DNA from: an uncultured Chitinophagales bacterium
Lineage (GTDB): Bacteria; Bacteroidota; Bacteroidia; Chitinophagales; JADIYW01
DNA length: 64,000 nt
Direction of reading: 5' to 3'
NCBI GenBank assembly: GCA_964490845.1
Contig: CAZBED010000002.1
Span: forward strand, 214,827-278,826
Positions 34,862 through 44,555 of this stretch are shown piece after piece. The first letter of the stretch is position 1; each line of letters opens with the position of its first letter. Below the pieces are notes generated by a model. That model saw only the letters and a list, made by a program, of their open reading frames with translations. It was not told where the DNA came from and made no database searches. The position numbers were made by a program, and so were the translations under genes.

Positions 34862-35788
34862 ATGAATCTAAGAAATTTTACCGGCTACCTGTTTCTCCTA
34901 TGTTTCTCCGCAAATTCTTTTGCCCAGAAAGGCGGCAATATCAGTATAGGTGTAACACCCGGATTGTCATATATGCTGGCTCAGAATACCTATTATCTGG
35001 CGGAGAACAGCAAGGAGCTGGACTATCAGGCGAAATTCAGTTATCACGTTTCCATTCAGGGGGGCTACAATTTTAAGGAACAGCACGGTATAGTGGCATT
35101 TGCCAATTTCTGCGACGAAGGGCAGAAATATAAAGATGAATTTAAATGGAAAAAATATCCGGCGCTGATAGGGATACACCAGAAGACCGTGGATTTCAAA
35201 TACATGGGCTTTGGTGTCTTATACCGCTTTGCGCCATTATTGAAAGGCCAGAAAGAACATATCCGTACAGATGTTTTCCACTGGCGTATGAAATTGCTGG
35301 TAGGATTTGAGACCGACTTTTTGCTGAATGCCCAGATGACGTATAAGATAACCAATACTACCACCGGTGTCACTACTCCGTTTGGCTATCCGATAGAACC
35401 TTCATTGGGTGGTTATCCTGCATACTCACCGAACCAGAGCAATAATTACAAATCCTATTTTAAGACAGTACAGGGCGTGGGCGTGTTGCGTTTCGGGTTT
35501 GATTACATCTTTAATAATCATATGTATTTAGGAGTAGCATTGGAGGCCAAAGCAGGATTGAATGACATTAATGCAAGTGCATACAGGCAGCATCCGGCTT
35601 ACAAAAAATCAAAGAATTATTTTTTCGGATTGAATCTTGAGATGGGATACACTTTCCAGAAAGATGATAAAAAGAAAGCGGCGAAGAAAAAAGAAATCAA
35701 ACCGCAAAAAACAAAAACACAAGGCCTAGACCTGAATAAGCGAGTAGATGAAGTAGACAAGGCAACCCGCAAAAAGTATAAGAAATAA
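34862..35788 (+). CDS. Outer-membrane beta-barrel-like protein with Lys-rich C-terminal tail
   Basis: Signal peptide MNLRNFTGYLFLLCFSANSFAQ (ATG 34862). The body has an alternating aromatic/hydrophobic beta-strand pattern. The last ~45 aa are KDDKKKAAKKKEIKPQKTKTQ...RKKYKK. Confidence 0.55.
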   Translation: MNLRNFTGYLFLLCFSANSFAQKGGNISIGVTPGLSYMLAQNTYYLAENSKELDYQAKFSYHVSIQGGYNFKEQHGIVAFANFCDEGQKYKDEFKWKKYPALIGIHQKTVDFKYMGFGVLYRFAPLLKGQKEHIRTDVFHWRMKLLVGFETDFLLNAQMTYKITNTTTGVTTPFGYPIEPSLGGYPAYSPNQSNNYKSYFKTVQGVGVLRFGFDYIFNNHMYLGVALEAKAGLNDINASAYRQHPAYKKSKNYFFGLNLEMGYTFQKDDKKKAAKKKEIKPQKTKTQGLDLNKRVDEVDKATRKKYKK

Positions 35789-35852
35789 TTATCGATACAT
35801 CACATAAGGAGTTTGGCCAAACAGACCGGTACCCTGTGTGGTTCATATTTAC

Positions 35853-36869
35853 CTAAATTATATTTACTTCGGCTTCTAACAATATTCCGAACTTTTCTTT
35901 CACAGACAGTTGTACGTTCTGTGCATGCTGCCAGATTTCATTGCCGTTGGCGTTTCCGTAATTGACGATCACCAGTGCCTGCCGGGCATGGTTGCCGGTA
36001 TGGCCTATTTGTTTGCCTTTCCAGCCACACTGCTCAATCAGCCAGGCTGCCGGAATCTTCACCATACCGTTTGTTTGTGTATAGACGGGCATATCCGGAT
36101 AAGCTATTAGCAGGTTTTCTGCTTTGTCGGCTGCAACTTCCGGGTTTTTAAAAAAACTGCCGGCATTCCCGATTTCGGCAGGATCCGGCAGTTTGCTTCT
36201 GCGAATACTGATTACCGTATCGGACACTTCCCGGACGGTAGGCTGTGAAATCCCCTGCGCATCCAGCGTTTTACGGATATCGCCATATTGGGTGTTGACA
36301 ATTGGCTGTCTGGCTAATCTCAGCGTAATAGAATAAATGAAATATTTTCCTTTCAGTTCCTGCTTGAAGACACTCTGGCGGTAGCCGAATTTGCACTCAG
36401 TATTATTGAAAATCCGTTCCTCGCCGGTGTTCATGTCTATTGCTTCCAGCGATACGAAGGTATCTTTCAGTTCAGCGCCATATGCACCAATATTCTGTAT
36501 AGGCGCGGCACCTGCGGTGCCGGGAATCAACGACAAATTTTCTATACCGCCCCAGTCCTTTTCTACACAATATTGCACCAGATCCTGCCAGCAAGTACCC
36601 GATAATGCTTTCACCCAAACGGATTGTTCATCTTCCTTCACCACTTCTATTCCCTTGATTTCATTCAGTATGACAAGCCCGTCATAATCGCTGCAAAACA
36701 GGATATTGCTGCCGCCGCCTACAATCAGGTGCCGGCCATAACACTGCAACTCTTTTTTAATGATATTTATTAGCGTTTCTTTGGTGGCTACTCTGCAAAA
36801 ATAGCGGGCACATATATCTACTCCGAAGGTATTATACGGTTTGAGTGATACATATTCCAGAATGGCCAT
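35853..36869 (-). CDS. murB: UDP-N-acetylenolpyruvoylglucosamine reductase MurB
   Basis: MAILEYVSLKPYNTFGVD..., an FAD-binding GGGSNILF segment and a C-terminal GNAGSFFKNP block are present. The start is chosen at the internal ATG at 36869 (338 aa). Confidence 0.9.
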   Translation of the reverse strand: MAILEYVSLKPYNTFGVDICARYFCRVATKETLINIIKKELQCYGRHLIVGGGSNILFCSDYDGLVILNEIKGIEVVKEDEQSVWVKALSGTCWQDLVQYCVEKDWGGIENLSLIPGTAGAAPIQNIGAYGAELKDTFVSLEAIDMNTGEERIFNNTECKFGYRQSVFKQELKGKYFIYSITLRLARQPIVNTQYGDIRKTLDAQGISQPTVREVSDTVISIRRSKLPDPAEIGNAGSFFKNPEVAADKAENLLIAYPDMPVYTQTNGMVKIPAAWLIEQCGWKGKQIGHTGNHARQALVIVNYGNANGNEIWQHAQNVQLSVKEKFGILLEAEVNII

Positions 36870-37008
36870 CCGTTTCGGGGATTTATTCGCAAAAGTAACA
36901 AAACCCTTTTGATTCAATAAGGAAAAATGGGATGTTCCGTATAGGGATTTATCTGTCTGTGAAAACGCACTCTTGTATTTTCCTTCTTTTTATCCGTATT
37001 TTTGGCGA

Positions 37009-38880
37009 GTGAAGAAAATTTCCGTTTCATATCTTATTGTAATGCTTTCTTTTCAGTGCGTTGGACAGATTTCCATCACCCAGCCCAATCCGAAATTGTT
37101 TTACGATACCAAATATGTCACTCCGGATAATCCGGTGTTCCGTCGCCCGGATTCACTGATTGAAAATTTCCACCGCTACAATACCACCGAAAAGCAATAT
37201 GTGCCCTATAATAATCTAGGCAATTTCGGTACCGCTTATTATTCCCTGATGTTTACAAACCAGAACCCCATAGGCTACAAACATGGGTTTAGTTCATTTG
37301 ATTTATTTTTTATACATCCCGAAAAGATAAAATACTATAAAACAAAAACTCCTTATACCTACCTGGATTTTGTATTCGGAGGAAAAGAAGAGATTGCCGG
37401 CGGCGGAGAATTTTCAGTAAATATAAAGCCGAATATAAATTTTGGATTTAATTTCCATCGAAATAATTTTAACGGCCAAAACCAGCACCAGCAGTCCATC
37501 CAGAATTTATTCTCCTTCAATCACTGGTTTCAGTCAAAAGATCATTTTTACGATTTAAAATTTGCATTCATCTATAATGGTATCATTAATCAGGAAAATG
37601 GCGGCTGGCTGGAAGATGATGTTTTTGATAACTCACTGTATCGGGGCAATAAGAAATTCGTTCCTGTCAAACTGAATGATGCGGTCAATAAGTGGGATGA
37701 GCGGAATGTCCATTTCTTGCAGCAGTTTAATCTGGGCAAAAAGGAGGAAGTTCAGGTCAATGATTCCATTCGGCGGAAAATAGTGAAGCCAAAATATATT
37801 ATTGAGCATTTCTTTGAGTTTTCCCACTGGAAATTTCTGTACAAAGATTTCGATAAAGACTCCTCCTTTTATACCAGTATGTTTTTTAACGGAGATACTA
37901 CTATCGATAATACCACCTCCTGGACAGTACGGAATGCAGTCTATTTCAAGAATGTACAGAATGATACGTTGCCGAAGAAATTTTTGTTTGCCGCCGGCAT
38001 CCAGTATGACTTCAATAAATATCAGCACCGTTTTACTAATCAGCTGATACAGGATGTGCAGTTGAAAGCTAAGATATACAATCAGTCTGACTCCGCTTTC
38101 TTTGGCTACTCGGTAGATGCGGCAGTGGATATTGTGCCCAAATATATCGGTGACTTTGATGTGCGCTTTCTGGGAAAATTAAATTTTAAAAAGGGCATTT
38201 CCGTAGCAGTCAAAGGTGATGTGTCACTGGCATCGCCTTCACAGAAGCAGTTATTCTATTATGGCAATCATTATGTATATGTGAATGATTTCAAGAAAAT
38301 ATTTCAGGCAAAAGTAGAAGGGGTGTTTGAATGGAAGAAGCAACTGATGTATGTGGGTGTACAAAACTATTTTATTCAGCATTACATCTATAATGATACC
38401 GCATCTGTGCCTCGGCAATACAGCAAACCTTTGAACGCGCTGGTGATAAAAGTGCGCAAGGATTTTAATACCAAGCATATCTATTCCGGCACGGAATTAT
38501 ATGTTCAGTGGATTTCCAATAACAATATCGTCCGGTTGCCGGTGTTCGCAATGAAGCAGACCTTGTATTATAAAGGCGGCTGGATTTCCGGCAAATTGAA
38601 CGCGCAGCTGGGTTTTGACATTACCTACAACACCAACTTCACGGGGAATGATTACAATCCGTCACTGGCGGTCTTTTATCAGCAGGACAAACAACGGCTT
38701 AAGTTTTATCCGATTCTGGATTTGTTTTTTGATTTGAACGTGAAGCGCACCAATATTTTTTTACGCATGGAGCATGTCAATCAGGGAATGTTCAAACAGA
38801 AGGGAATCTATACGGCTCCCGATTACGGCTATCTCGACAGGACATTCAGGGTAGGCGTTACGTGGACTTTTTACGATTAA
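37009..38880 (+). CDS. Large outer-membrane beta-barrel protein (Bacteroidota putative-porin-like family)
   Basis: About 623 aa, rich in Y/F/N/G with a beta-strand periodicity. A GTG start at 37009 gives the signal-like N-terminus (M)KKISVSYLIVMLSFQCVGQ. The track uses the TTG at 36973. The family name is tentative. Confidence 0.5.
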   Translation: MKKISVSYLIVMLSFQCVGQISITQPNPKLFYDTKYVTPDNPVFRRPDSLIENFHRYNTTEKQYVPYNNLGNFGTAYYSLMFTNQNPIGYKHGFSSFDLFFIHPEKIKYYKTKTPYTYLDFVFGGKEEIAGGGEFSVNIKPNINFGFNFHRNNFNGQNQHQQSIQNLFSFNHWFQSKDHFYDLKFAFIYNGIINQENGGWLEDDVFDNSLYRGNKKFVPVKLNDAVNKWDERNVHFLQQFNLGKKEEVQVNDSIRRKIVKPKYIIEHFFEFSHWKFLYKDFDKDSSFYTSMFFNGDTTIDNTTSWTVRNAVYFKNVQNDTLPKKFLFAAGIQYDFNKYQHRFTNQLIQDVQLKAKIYNQSDSAFFGYSVDAAVDIVPKYIGDFDVRFLGKLNFKKGISVAVKGDVSLASPSQKQLFYYGNHYVYVNDFKKIFQAKVEGVFEWKKQLMYVGVQNYFIQHYIYNDTASVPRQYSKPLNALVIKVRKDFNTKHIYSGTELYVQWISNNNIVRLPVFAMKQTLYYKGGWISGKLNAQLGFDITYNTNFTGNDYNPSLAVFYQQDKQRLKFYPILDLFFDLNVKRTNIFLRMEHVNQGMFKQKGIYTAPDYGYLDRTFRVGVTWTFYD

Positions 38881-38900
38881 TGAGGCGAATATCATAGCAG

Positions 38901-40085
38901 ATGAAAAAAATTTTATTTTTAACTCCCACTCTTCCTTATCCACCGGTCAGCGGTGGTGTTATCAAATCTAATAAGGTGGTGCAGTATCTGAGTGAGCGGT
39001 ACGAACTGACCGTAGCTTGTTTGCTAAAGAATGAGGATAAAAGTTTTAAAGCGGAATTTCAACATAACACAAAACTCAAAAACCTGATTACGCTGGAATT
39101 GAATATTCCACGTTCTGTCAGGAATCTGCTCATCTCGAATCTTCAGCACATTCCATTAAACCTGTATCGAAATAAATCCAAGACGTTTAAAGAAAAAATA
39201 CATACGATAGCAGATGAGTTTGATGTCATTTTCTGTGATCACTACGTGATGTTTCAGTATATTCCGGAGGATTATAAAGGTAAGGTCGTTTTACATCAGC
39301 ATAACTGTGAGTACCTCATCTGGCAACGGTATGCTGCGATTGAGAAAAACTGGTTCAAAAAACTTGCCCTGTACCATCAGGCAAGCAGGATACGCAAATA
39401 CGAACAGGAGATTTGTAAAAAAGCGATGTCGATATTAGCGGCCCCCAACGATACGGATGAACTGGTAATGATTGGTGCTGACAGAACCAAGTTTTATGAA
39501 ACCTATCATTTGGGTGATGACTTGTTGCTCGAACAGCCTGATTTGTCGTATGAAAAAACGGAAAAGACCCTGTTATATATAGGCACGCTGAGCTGGGAGG
39601 CCAATATTGACGGGTTAGTGTGGTTCAATAAGGAAATCTGGCCACGGGTGAAGAATAATCATCCGGGAATTAAACTATATATTATAGGAAAACATGCAGA
39701 TATAAGATTGAAAGAGATTGCAGAAAGAGATGAACAGATAGAGTTAACGGGTTTTGTGGAAGATGTGGAACCCTACTTTAGGAAATCAAGGGTATTTATT
39801 ACTCCCTTGCGTTTTGGCAGCGGTATAAAAGTGAAAGTGATTAATGCATTGTACAGGGGGATTCCCTGTGTCACGACATCCATCGGCACGGAGGGACTAA
39901 AGGTGAAAGATGGAGAATCTGTTTATATCAAAGACCAGCCGGAAGCTTTTGTAAAGGCTATAGATACATTGCTAACCAATAAGGATGCCTGGGAAAAATT
40001 AAGCATGAACTCAAGAAAAATTGCCCGACAGTATTACACATGGGAAGCCGTTCTTGAAAACATCCAACACGCTATTGATGATTAA
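38901..40085 (+). CDS. Glycosyltransferase family 4 (GT-B, group 1)
   Basis: 394 aa. The N-terminus reads KILFLTPTLPYPPVSGGVIKS. The C-terminal block RFGSGIKVKVINALYRGIPCVTTSIGTEGL is typical of GT4. Confidence 0.8.
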   Translation: MKKILFLTPTLPYPPVSGGVIKSNKVVQYLSERYELTVACLLKNEDKSFKAEFQHNTKLKNLITLELNIPRSVRNLLISNLQHIPLNLYRNKSKTFKEKIHTIADEFDVIFCDHYVMFQYIPEDYKGKVVLHQHNCEYLIWQRYAAIEKNWFKKLALYHQASRIRKYEQEICKKAMSILAAPNDTDELVMIGADRTKFYETYHLGDDLLLEQPDLSYEKTEKTLLYIGTLSWEANIDGLVWFNKEIWPRVKNNHPGIKLYIIGKHADIRLKEIAERDEQIELTGFVEDVEPYFRKSRVFITPLRFGSGIKVKVINALYRGIPCVTTSIGTEGLKVKDGESVYIKDQPEAFVKAIDTLLTNKDAWEKLSMNSRKIARQYYTWEAVLENIQHAIDD

Positions 40086-40606
40086 ACCTGCACCTTTATC
40101 ATGAAGTTGCCCCGGAGGCGGTAATATTTATCAGCGCCTGCAACATATTCATTGTTCACGTCAATACTTCCTTTAATCACACCTGTAACAATGTCCACAC
40201 TGGTGATGACAATTTTACCATGCAGCATGGCATAGTTTTTATATCCGGTAATCACGCGTTTCCGGTAAATGAAAACAGCGCCGGTGATGCCGGGTGGCGA
40301 CTGTTCCGTATAGTATGTACCCACTTCCGCCTTTGCGATGGAAAACAGCACCTGGTCTTTGATGGTCAAATCACCGCCAATTACTACCAGGCTGTCTTCA
40401 ACGATAGTGTCAACGGCTACAACTGTCAGTAAGTAAGAAGTATCGCCGGTTAAGTTTAAATAAAATGTACCAATCGTACCGGTGGTATCTACAATGCCGC
40501 CACCTCCGGGTTCAGGAATGACTTTATTGCCTACTGTACAGGATGATATTCCGGCTATGATAACCAGAGATAAAACAATCAGGCAATTTTTGAGCGAAGT
40601 GTACAT
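40082..40606 (-). CDS. Hypothetical lipoprotein
   Basis: 174 aa with a lipobox-like IAGISSC after a hydrophobic signal. The body is Gly/Thr/Val-rich and probably beta-structured. It overlaps the convergent GT4 gene by 4 nt. Confidence 0.5.
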   Translation of the reverse strand: MYTSLKNCLIVLSLVIIAGISSCTVGNKVIPEPGGGGIVDTTGTIGTFYLNLTGDTSYLLTVVAVDTIVEDSLVVIGGDLTIKDQVLFSIAKAEVGTYYTEQSPPGITGAVFIYRKRVITGYKNYAMLHGKIVITSVDIVTGVIKGSIDVNNEYVAGADKYYRLRGNFMIKVQV

Positions 40607-40719
40607 TTTAACAGGTGTAAAGATAGTAGTTTTCTATACAAATTATAAACTATTCCAAAATGCTATAGTATACGGGGCTCTTTAGGTAAATTTAAGAATC
40701 CGAATGCGATTTTATTTCT

Positions 40720-40727
40720 TATTTTTG
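40720..40727 (+). promoter_or_regulatory. Bacteroidota -7-like promoter motif TATTTTTG upstream of gldA
   Basis: Matches TAnnTTTG and ends 13 nt before ATG 40740. Confidence 0.3.
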
Positions 40728-40739
40728 TTGAATATCATT

Positions 40740-41672
40740 ATGTCTGTTTCCGTTCAGAATTTATCTAAAACTTACGCCGGCCAAAAAGCGGTGGATGGTA
40801 TTACATTTCAGGTACGGAAAGGAGAGATACTGGGTTTTTTGGGTCCGAATGGCGCCGGTAAATCGACCACGATGAAGATGCTGACCTGCTACATTCCGCC
40901 GAGTGCCGGAACCGCCAGTGTTTGCAATTTTGATATTATCCGCGAACCATTATCTGTTCGCAAAAAAATCGGATACCTGCCGGAAAATAATCCCTTGTAT
41001 TACGATATGTATGTAAGGGAGTTCCTGGAATTTGCCTTGCAGGTTCACGGAATATCGTCGACTGCTGCCGGCAATAAACGAATAAAAGAAACAATCGATC
41101 TGGTTGGGTTGGGCACAGAGCAGCACAAAAAAATCGGACAGCTTTCGAAAGGATATAAGCAGCGGGTGGGTTTAGCGCAGGCGCTGATTCATCAGCCGGA
41201 AGTTTTGATCCTCGATGAACCGACCTCCGGATTAGACCCTAACCAGTTAGCGGATATCCGGCAACTGATTAAAACGTTGGGAAAAGAAAAAACGATCATC
41301 TTTTCCACCCATATCATGCAGGAAGTGGAGGCCGTTTGTGACAGAGTCATTATCATCAATAAAGGTAAGATGGTAGCAGATGACAAGACTGCGAATCTTC
41401 AGAATCTGGTATCAGGTGAGGTGCGGATAGAGGTCGAGTTTGAACAGGAAATGAGTGAAAACTCCTGGGATGCTGTCGGGAATATCCTGACGGTTGAGAA
41501 GCTGTCACCTACACATTTTCTGTTGCATGGCAAAGAAAGCCATCAGTTGCGAAAAGATATTTTTGCATTAGCGGTCAGTAAGAATAATCCGTTACTGACT
41601 TTAAAACAAGAGACAAAAAGCCTGGAAGATGTTTTTCAGCAATTGACCAGTAACCATAAACAATCCATCTAA
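40740..41672 (+). CDS. gldA: Gliding-motility-associated ABC transporter ATP-binding subunit GldA
   Basis: MSVSVQNLSKTYAGQKAVDGITFQVRKGEILGFLGPNGAGKSTTMKML has Walker A. The LSKGYKQRVGLAQAL signature and the Walker B segment LILDEPTSGLD follow. It lies immediately upstream of gldF and gldG homologues. Confidence 0.8.
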   Translation: MSVSVQNLSKTYAGQKAVDGITFQVRKGEILGFLGPNGAGKSTTMKMLTCYIPPSAGTASVCNFDIIREPLSVRKKIGYLPENNPLYYDMYVREFLEFALQVHGISSTAAGNKRIKETIDLVGLGTEQHKKIGQLSKGYKQRVGLAQALIHQPEVLILDEPTSGLDPNQLADIRQLIKTLGKEKTIIFSTHIMQEVEAVCDRVIIINKGKMVADDKTANLQNLVSGEVRIEVEFEQEMSENSWDAVGNILTVEKLSPTHFLLHGKESHQLRKDIFALAVSKNNPLLTLKQETKSLEDVFQQLTSNHKQSI

Positions 41673-41694
41673 CAGTACGTCTCGGTAATCCATT

Positions 41695-42423
41695 ATGACA
41701 GCCATCCTAAAAAAAGAAATCAACCTGTTTTTTTCGTCACTGATAGCTTATATCAGTATGGCTGTTTTCTTTATCGTGCTGGCCTTAAACCTGTTTATTT
41801 TTCAGGGTAATATTCTGGAAAGCAATTATGCCACATTGGATACTTTTTTTACACTGACGCCCTGGATACTCATATTTCTGATACCGGCTATTACTATGCG
41901 CACATTCGCGGACGAGAAACAAAGCGGCACGGTAGAACTCTTGACGACAAAACCTCTTACCGATTCGCAGATAGTAGCGGGCAAGTTTCTGGCGGCAATG
42001 TTGTTGTGGCTGTTTACTTTCCTGCCTACATTTATTTATTTTGTGGCGATAAAAAATCTAAGCCTGGCTGAGGCTCCGATAGACAGTGGCGCTACCTGGG
42101 GAAGCTATATCGGCTTATTTTTCCTGGGGGCTGTTTTTGTGTCCATCGGGATATTTTCTTCCGCCATTACCAATAATCAGATTGTGGCATTCTTAGTCGG
42201 CGTGTTTTTGTGTTACTGGATGTATGACGCTTTTTTCAGAATCAGTTCGCTGTTGGTTTTTCAGGGGCAACTGGATTATTTTATACAATCCATAGGATTG
42301 AACGCGCATTACGATTCCATCAGCAGGGGTGTCGTGGATACGAGAGATATAATTTATTTTTTGAGTGTAATCAGTATGTTCTTAATCGGAACGCGAACGG
42401 CGCTGGAAAGCAGGAAATGGTGA
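41695..42423 (+). CDS. gldF: Gliding-motility-associated ABC transporter permease GldF
   Basis: 242-aa, 6-TM ABC-2-type permease. Its position between the GldA-like ATPase and the GldG-like protein supports the call. Confidence 0.75.
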   Translation: MTAILKKEINLFFSSLIAYISMAVFFIVLALNLFIFQGNILESNYATLDTFFTLTPWILIFLIPAITMRTFADEKQSGTVELLTTKPLTDSQIVAGKFLAAMLLWLFTFLPTFIYFVAIKNLSLAEAPIDSGATWGSYIGLFFLGAVFVSIGIFSSAITNNQIVAFLVGVFLCYWMYDAFFRISSLLVFQGQLDYFIQSIGLNAHYDSISRGVVDTRDIIYFLSVISMFLIGTRTALESRKW

Positions 42424-42424
42424 A

Positions 42425-44122
42425 ATGAAGAATTATTATTTCATACGGTCTGTAAAGTTGTTGGGAGCCAGTTTGCTGGCTGTCATTGGCATTAATATAT
42501 TATCATCTTATTGCTTTCATCGCTTCGATCTGACACAAGAGAAAAGATATACGCTTACCGCTTCCACAAAAAAATTATTACAGAATATTGAACAGCCTAT
42601 TTCTGTAGAAGTTTATCTGGAAGGGAAAGATTTGCCTGCTGGTATAAAAGTGCTGAGAAACGAAACCCGCGAATTACTACAGGAGTTCAGAACTTTGTCA
42701 AAAGGGCGTGTTACCTATAAGTTTGTTGATATCAATGCCATCAAAGACCAGAAAAAGCGGGAAGATTTTCAGATGGAACTGGTAAAGAAAGGACTGCGTC
42801 CTACCAATCTGGAAGTGAAATCGGAAAGCGGCTTTACGGAGAAGCTGGTTTTCCCTGGTGCGATTGTCCAAGCCAACGGCAGAGAGATTCCGTTACAGAT
42901 ATTGGAAAACCAGTTTTCGGTGGGAGCGCAGGGATCTCTGAATAATTCTATCAGTTTTCTGGAATACAAAATGGCGAACAGCATTCAGAAGATTGTGAAA
43001 CAACACCCGGCAAAGATTGCTTTTCTGCAGGGCCATGGCGAGTCGGGGATACAACAACTGGAGGGCTTGCTGGAAGCGTTGGCGGCACAAAATTTTCAAC
43101 TGGATAAGCTGGAACTGGATAAGGATAAACTTCTGAATAACCAGATTGACATCTTAATTATTGCCAAGCCAAAGACAGCGTTTAATGATTACGAAAAGTT
43201 TTTGATTGACCAGTATATCATGCATGGCGGAAAGACATTGTGGTTGCTGGATAATACTATTTGTGACCTTGATAGTTTTAAGCTGGCACCGAGTATTGTG
43301 GCTATACCCCGAGAGTTGAATCTAGATGATTTGCTGTTCCGATACGGAGTACGCATGGAACATAACCTTGTGCTGGATTTATATTGCAACCAGATACCGA
43401 TAATTGAAAGTATTGGCGGCAATCCGCAGCCCAAGTTGTTTCCGTGGGTATTCTACCCTATGGCCATTAATAAGAACAATCATCCGATTGTAAAGAATCT
43501 GGACCCGGTAGCGTTGAAATTTTGCAGTTCAATCGATACACTCCATAATCCGGAAGTAAGGAAAACAGTACTCTTATCGAGCTCGATGTATGCGCGTGTT
43601 CAACAGACCCCATTCCCCATCTTTTTAGAAGGAGCAAAACAAAAACCGGACCCGGGGTTGTTTAATCAAAAAGACATACCGCTTGCCGTTTTGCTGGAAG
43701 GAAACTTCACCTCTCTGTACAGAAATCAGTTTACTGCCGACTTTCAGCAGTTGCTGCAGATACAAAAAACGGATTTTCTGTCGAAAAGCAGCGGAAATAA
43801 AATGATTGTAATTGGAGATGGCGATGTCGCCAGTGTGGAACGGGATACTAAAGGAGTGCCGTTAGCATTGGGATATGACAAATATTCCGGGAAGTTATTT
43901 GCCAATAAAGATTTCCTGCTGAATTGTGTGGAATATCTGGTGGACGACAATAATCTCATCGATGCGCGCAACCGGGAAGTGAAGATGCGCCTTCTGGATA
44001 AAGCAAAGCTATTGAATCAGAAGGGTTTCTGGCAGGTGGCCACTTTCGGTTTTCCATTATTACTGATGTTGGTTTTCGGTGTTGTTTATAACAACAGGCG
44101 AAGAGCAAAGTACACACGATGA
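42425..44122 (+). CDS. gldG: Gliding-motility-associated ABC transporter accessory protein GldG
   Basis: 565 aa with an N-terminal and a C-terminal TM flanking a large extracytoplasmic domain. The start is 1 nt after the gldF stop. Size and topology match GldG. Confidence 0.75.
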   Translation: MKNYYFIRSVKLLGASLLAVIGINILSSYCFHRFDLTQEKRYTLTASTKKLLQNIEQPISVEVYLEGKDLPAGIKVLRNETRELLQEFRTLSKGRVTYKFVDINAIKDQKKREDFQMELVKKGLRPTNLEVKSESGFTEKLVFPGAIVQANGREIPLQILENQFSVGAQGSLNNSISFLEYKMANSIQKIVKQHPAKIAFLQGHGESGIQQLEGLLEALAAQNFQLDKLELDKDKLLNNQIDILIIAKPKTAFNDYEKFLIDQYIMHGGKTLWLLDNTICDLDSFKLAPSIVAIPRELNLDDLLFRYGVRMEHNLVLDLYCNQIPIIESIGGNPQPKLFPWVFYPMAINKNNHPIVKNLDPVALKFCSSIDTLHNPEVRKTVLLSSSMYARVQQTPFPIFLEGAKQKPDPGLFNQKDIPLAVLLEGNFTSLYRNQFTADFQQLLQIQKTDFLSKSSGNKMIVIGDGDVASVERDTKGVPLALGYDKYSGKLFANKDFLLNCVEYLVDDNNLIDARNREVKMRLLDKAKLLNQKGFWQVATFGFPLLLMLVFGVVYNNRRRAKYTR

Positions 44123-44125
44123 AGA

Positions 44126-44470
44126 TTATATTTTTCCCAAATGCGTGTTTTTAAAACTGTCCGGATATTTTAATCCGTACCCCAGGATTCTGTCAAAGGA
44201 AGAATGTCCAAAAAGTATAATACCGGCAAATATCCACCATTCATTTTGCAGATAAAACCCGGTGCAGCCCACCACAATGGCGAGAAGTTTATGGTGGAAC
44301 AGATTATAGCAGTATGCTCCTGATTTAGTATTGATGAGATAACCCAACATGGAAATATCAGGCGCCAGAAACCAGGCGGGATAGACCCACCAGGTAAAAT
44401 GCAGTTGAGCGAAAAAGAAGATGGACAGGAAAAACATACCCAGTTCTTCCAGTTTTAATGTCATTTTCAT
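44126..44470 (-). CDS. DUF4260-family small membrane protein
   Basis: MKMTLKLEELGMFFLS...GHSSFDRILGYGLKYPDSFKNTHLGKI matches the DUF4260 C-terminal consensus (H.gfDR.lGYGLKy...F..THLG). The start is chosen at 44470 because the terminator of the upstream gene lies at 44491-44521. Confidence 0.6.
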   Translation of the reverse strand: MKMTLKLEELGMFFLSIFFFAQLHFTWWVYPAWFLAPDISMLGYLINTKSGAYCYNLFHHKLLAIVVGCTGFYLQNEWWIFAGIILFGHSSFDRILGYGLKYPDSFKNTHLGKI

Positions 44471-44490
44471 GCAGCAGATTTTTATGTAAG

Positions 44491-44521
44491 ATAAAACAAA
44501 AAAGCCATGCAGATGCATGGC
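44491..44521 (-). terminator. Rho-independent terminator of the Zn-ribbon gene
   Basis: GCCATGCA (44504-44511) pairs with TGCATGGC (44514-44521). On the minus strand it is followed by TTTTTTGTTTT. It lies 35 nt after the stop at 44556. Confidence 0.7.
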
Positions 44522-44555
44522 TCTTGATTATGTTCTAAGAAGTTAATAAATGACG

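Noticed and set aside
37633-38047. ORFs 37633-38028(-) and 37802-38047(+) inside the putative porin gene
   Set aside because: They are embedded in a continuous 1.9-kb ORF with consistent beta-barrel-like composition, and nothing supports them.
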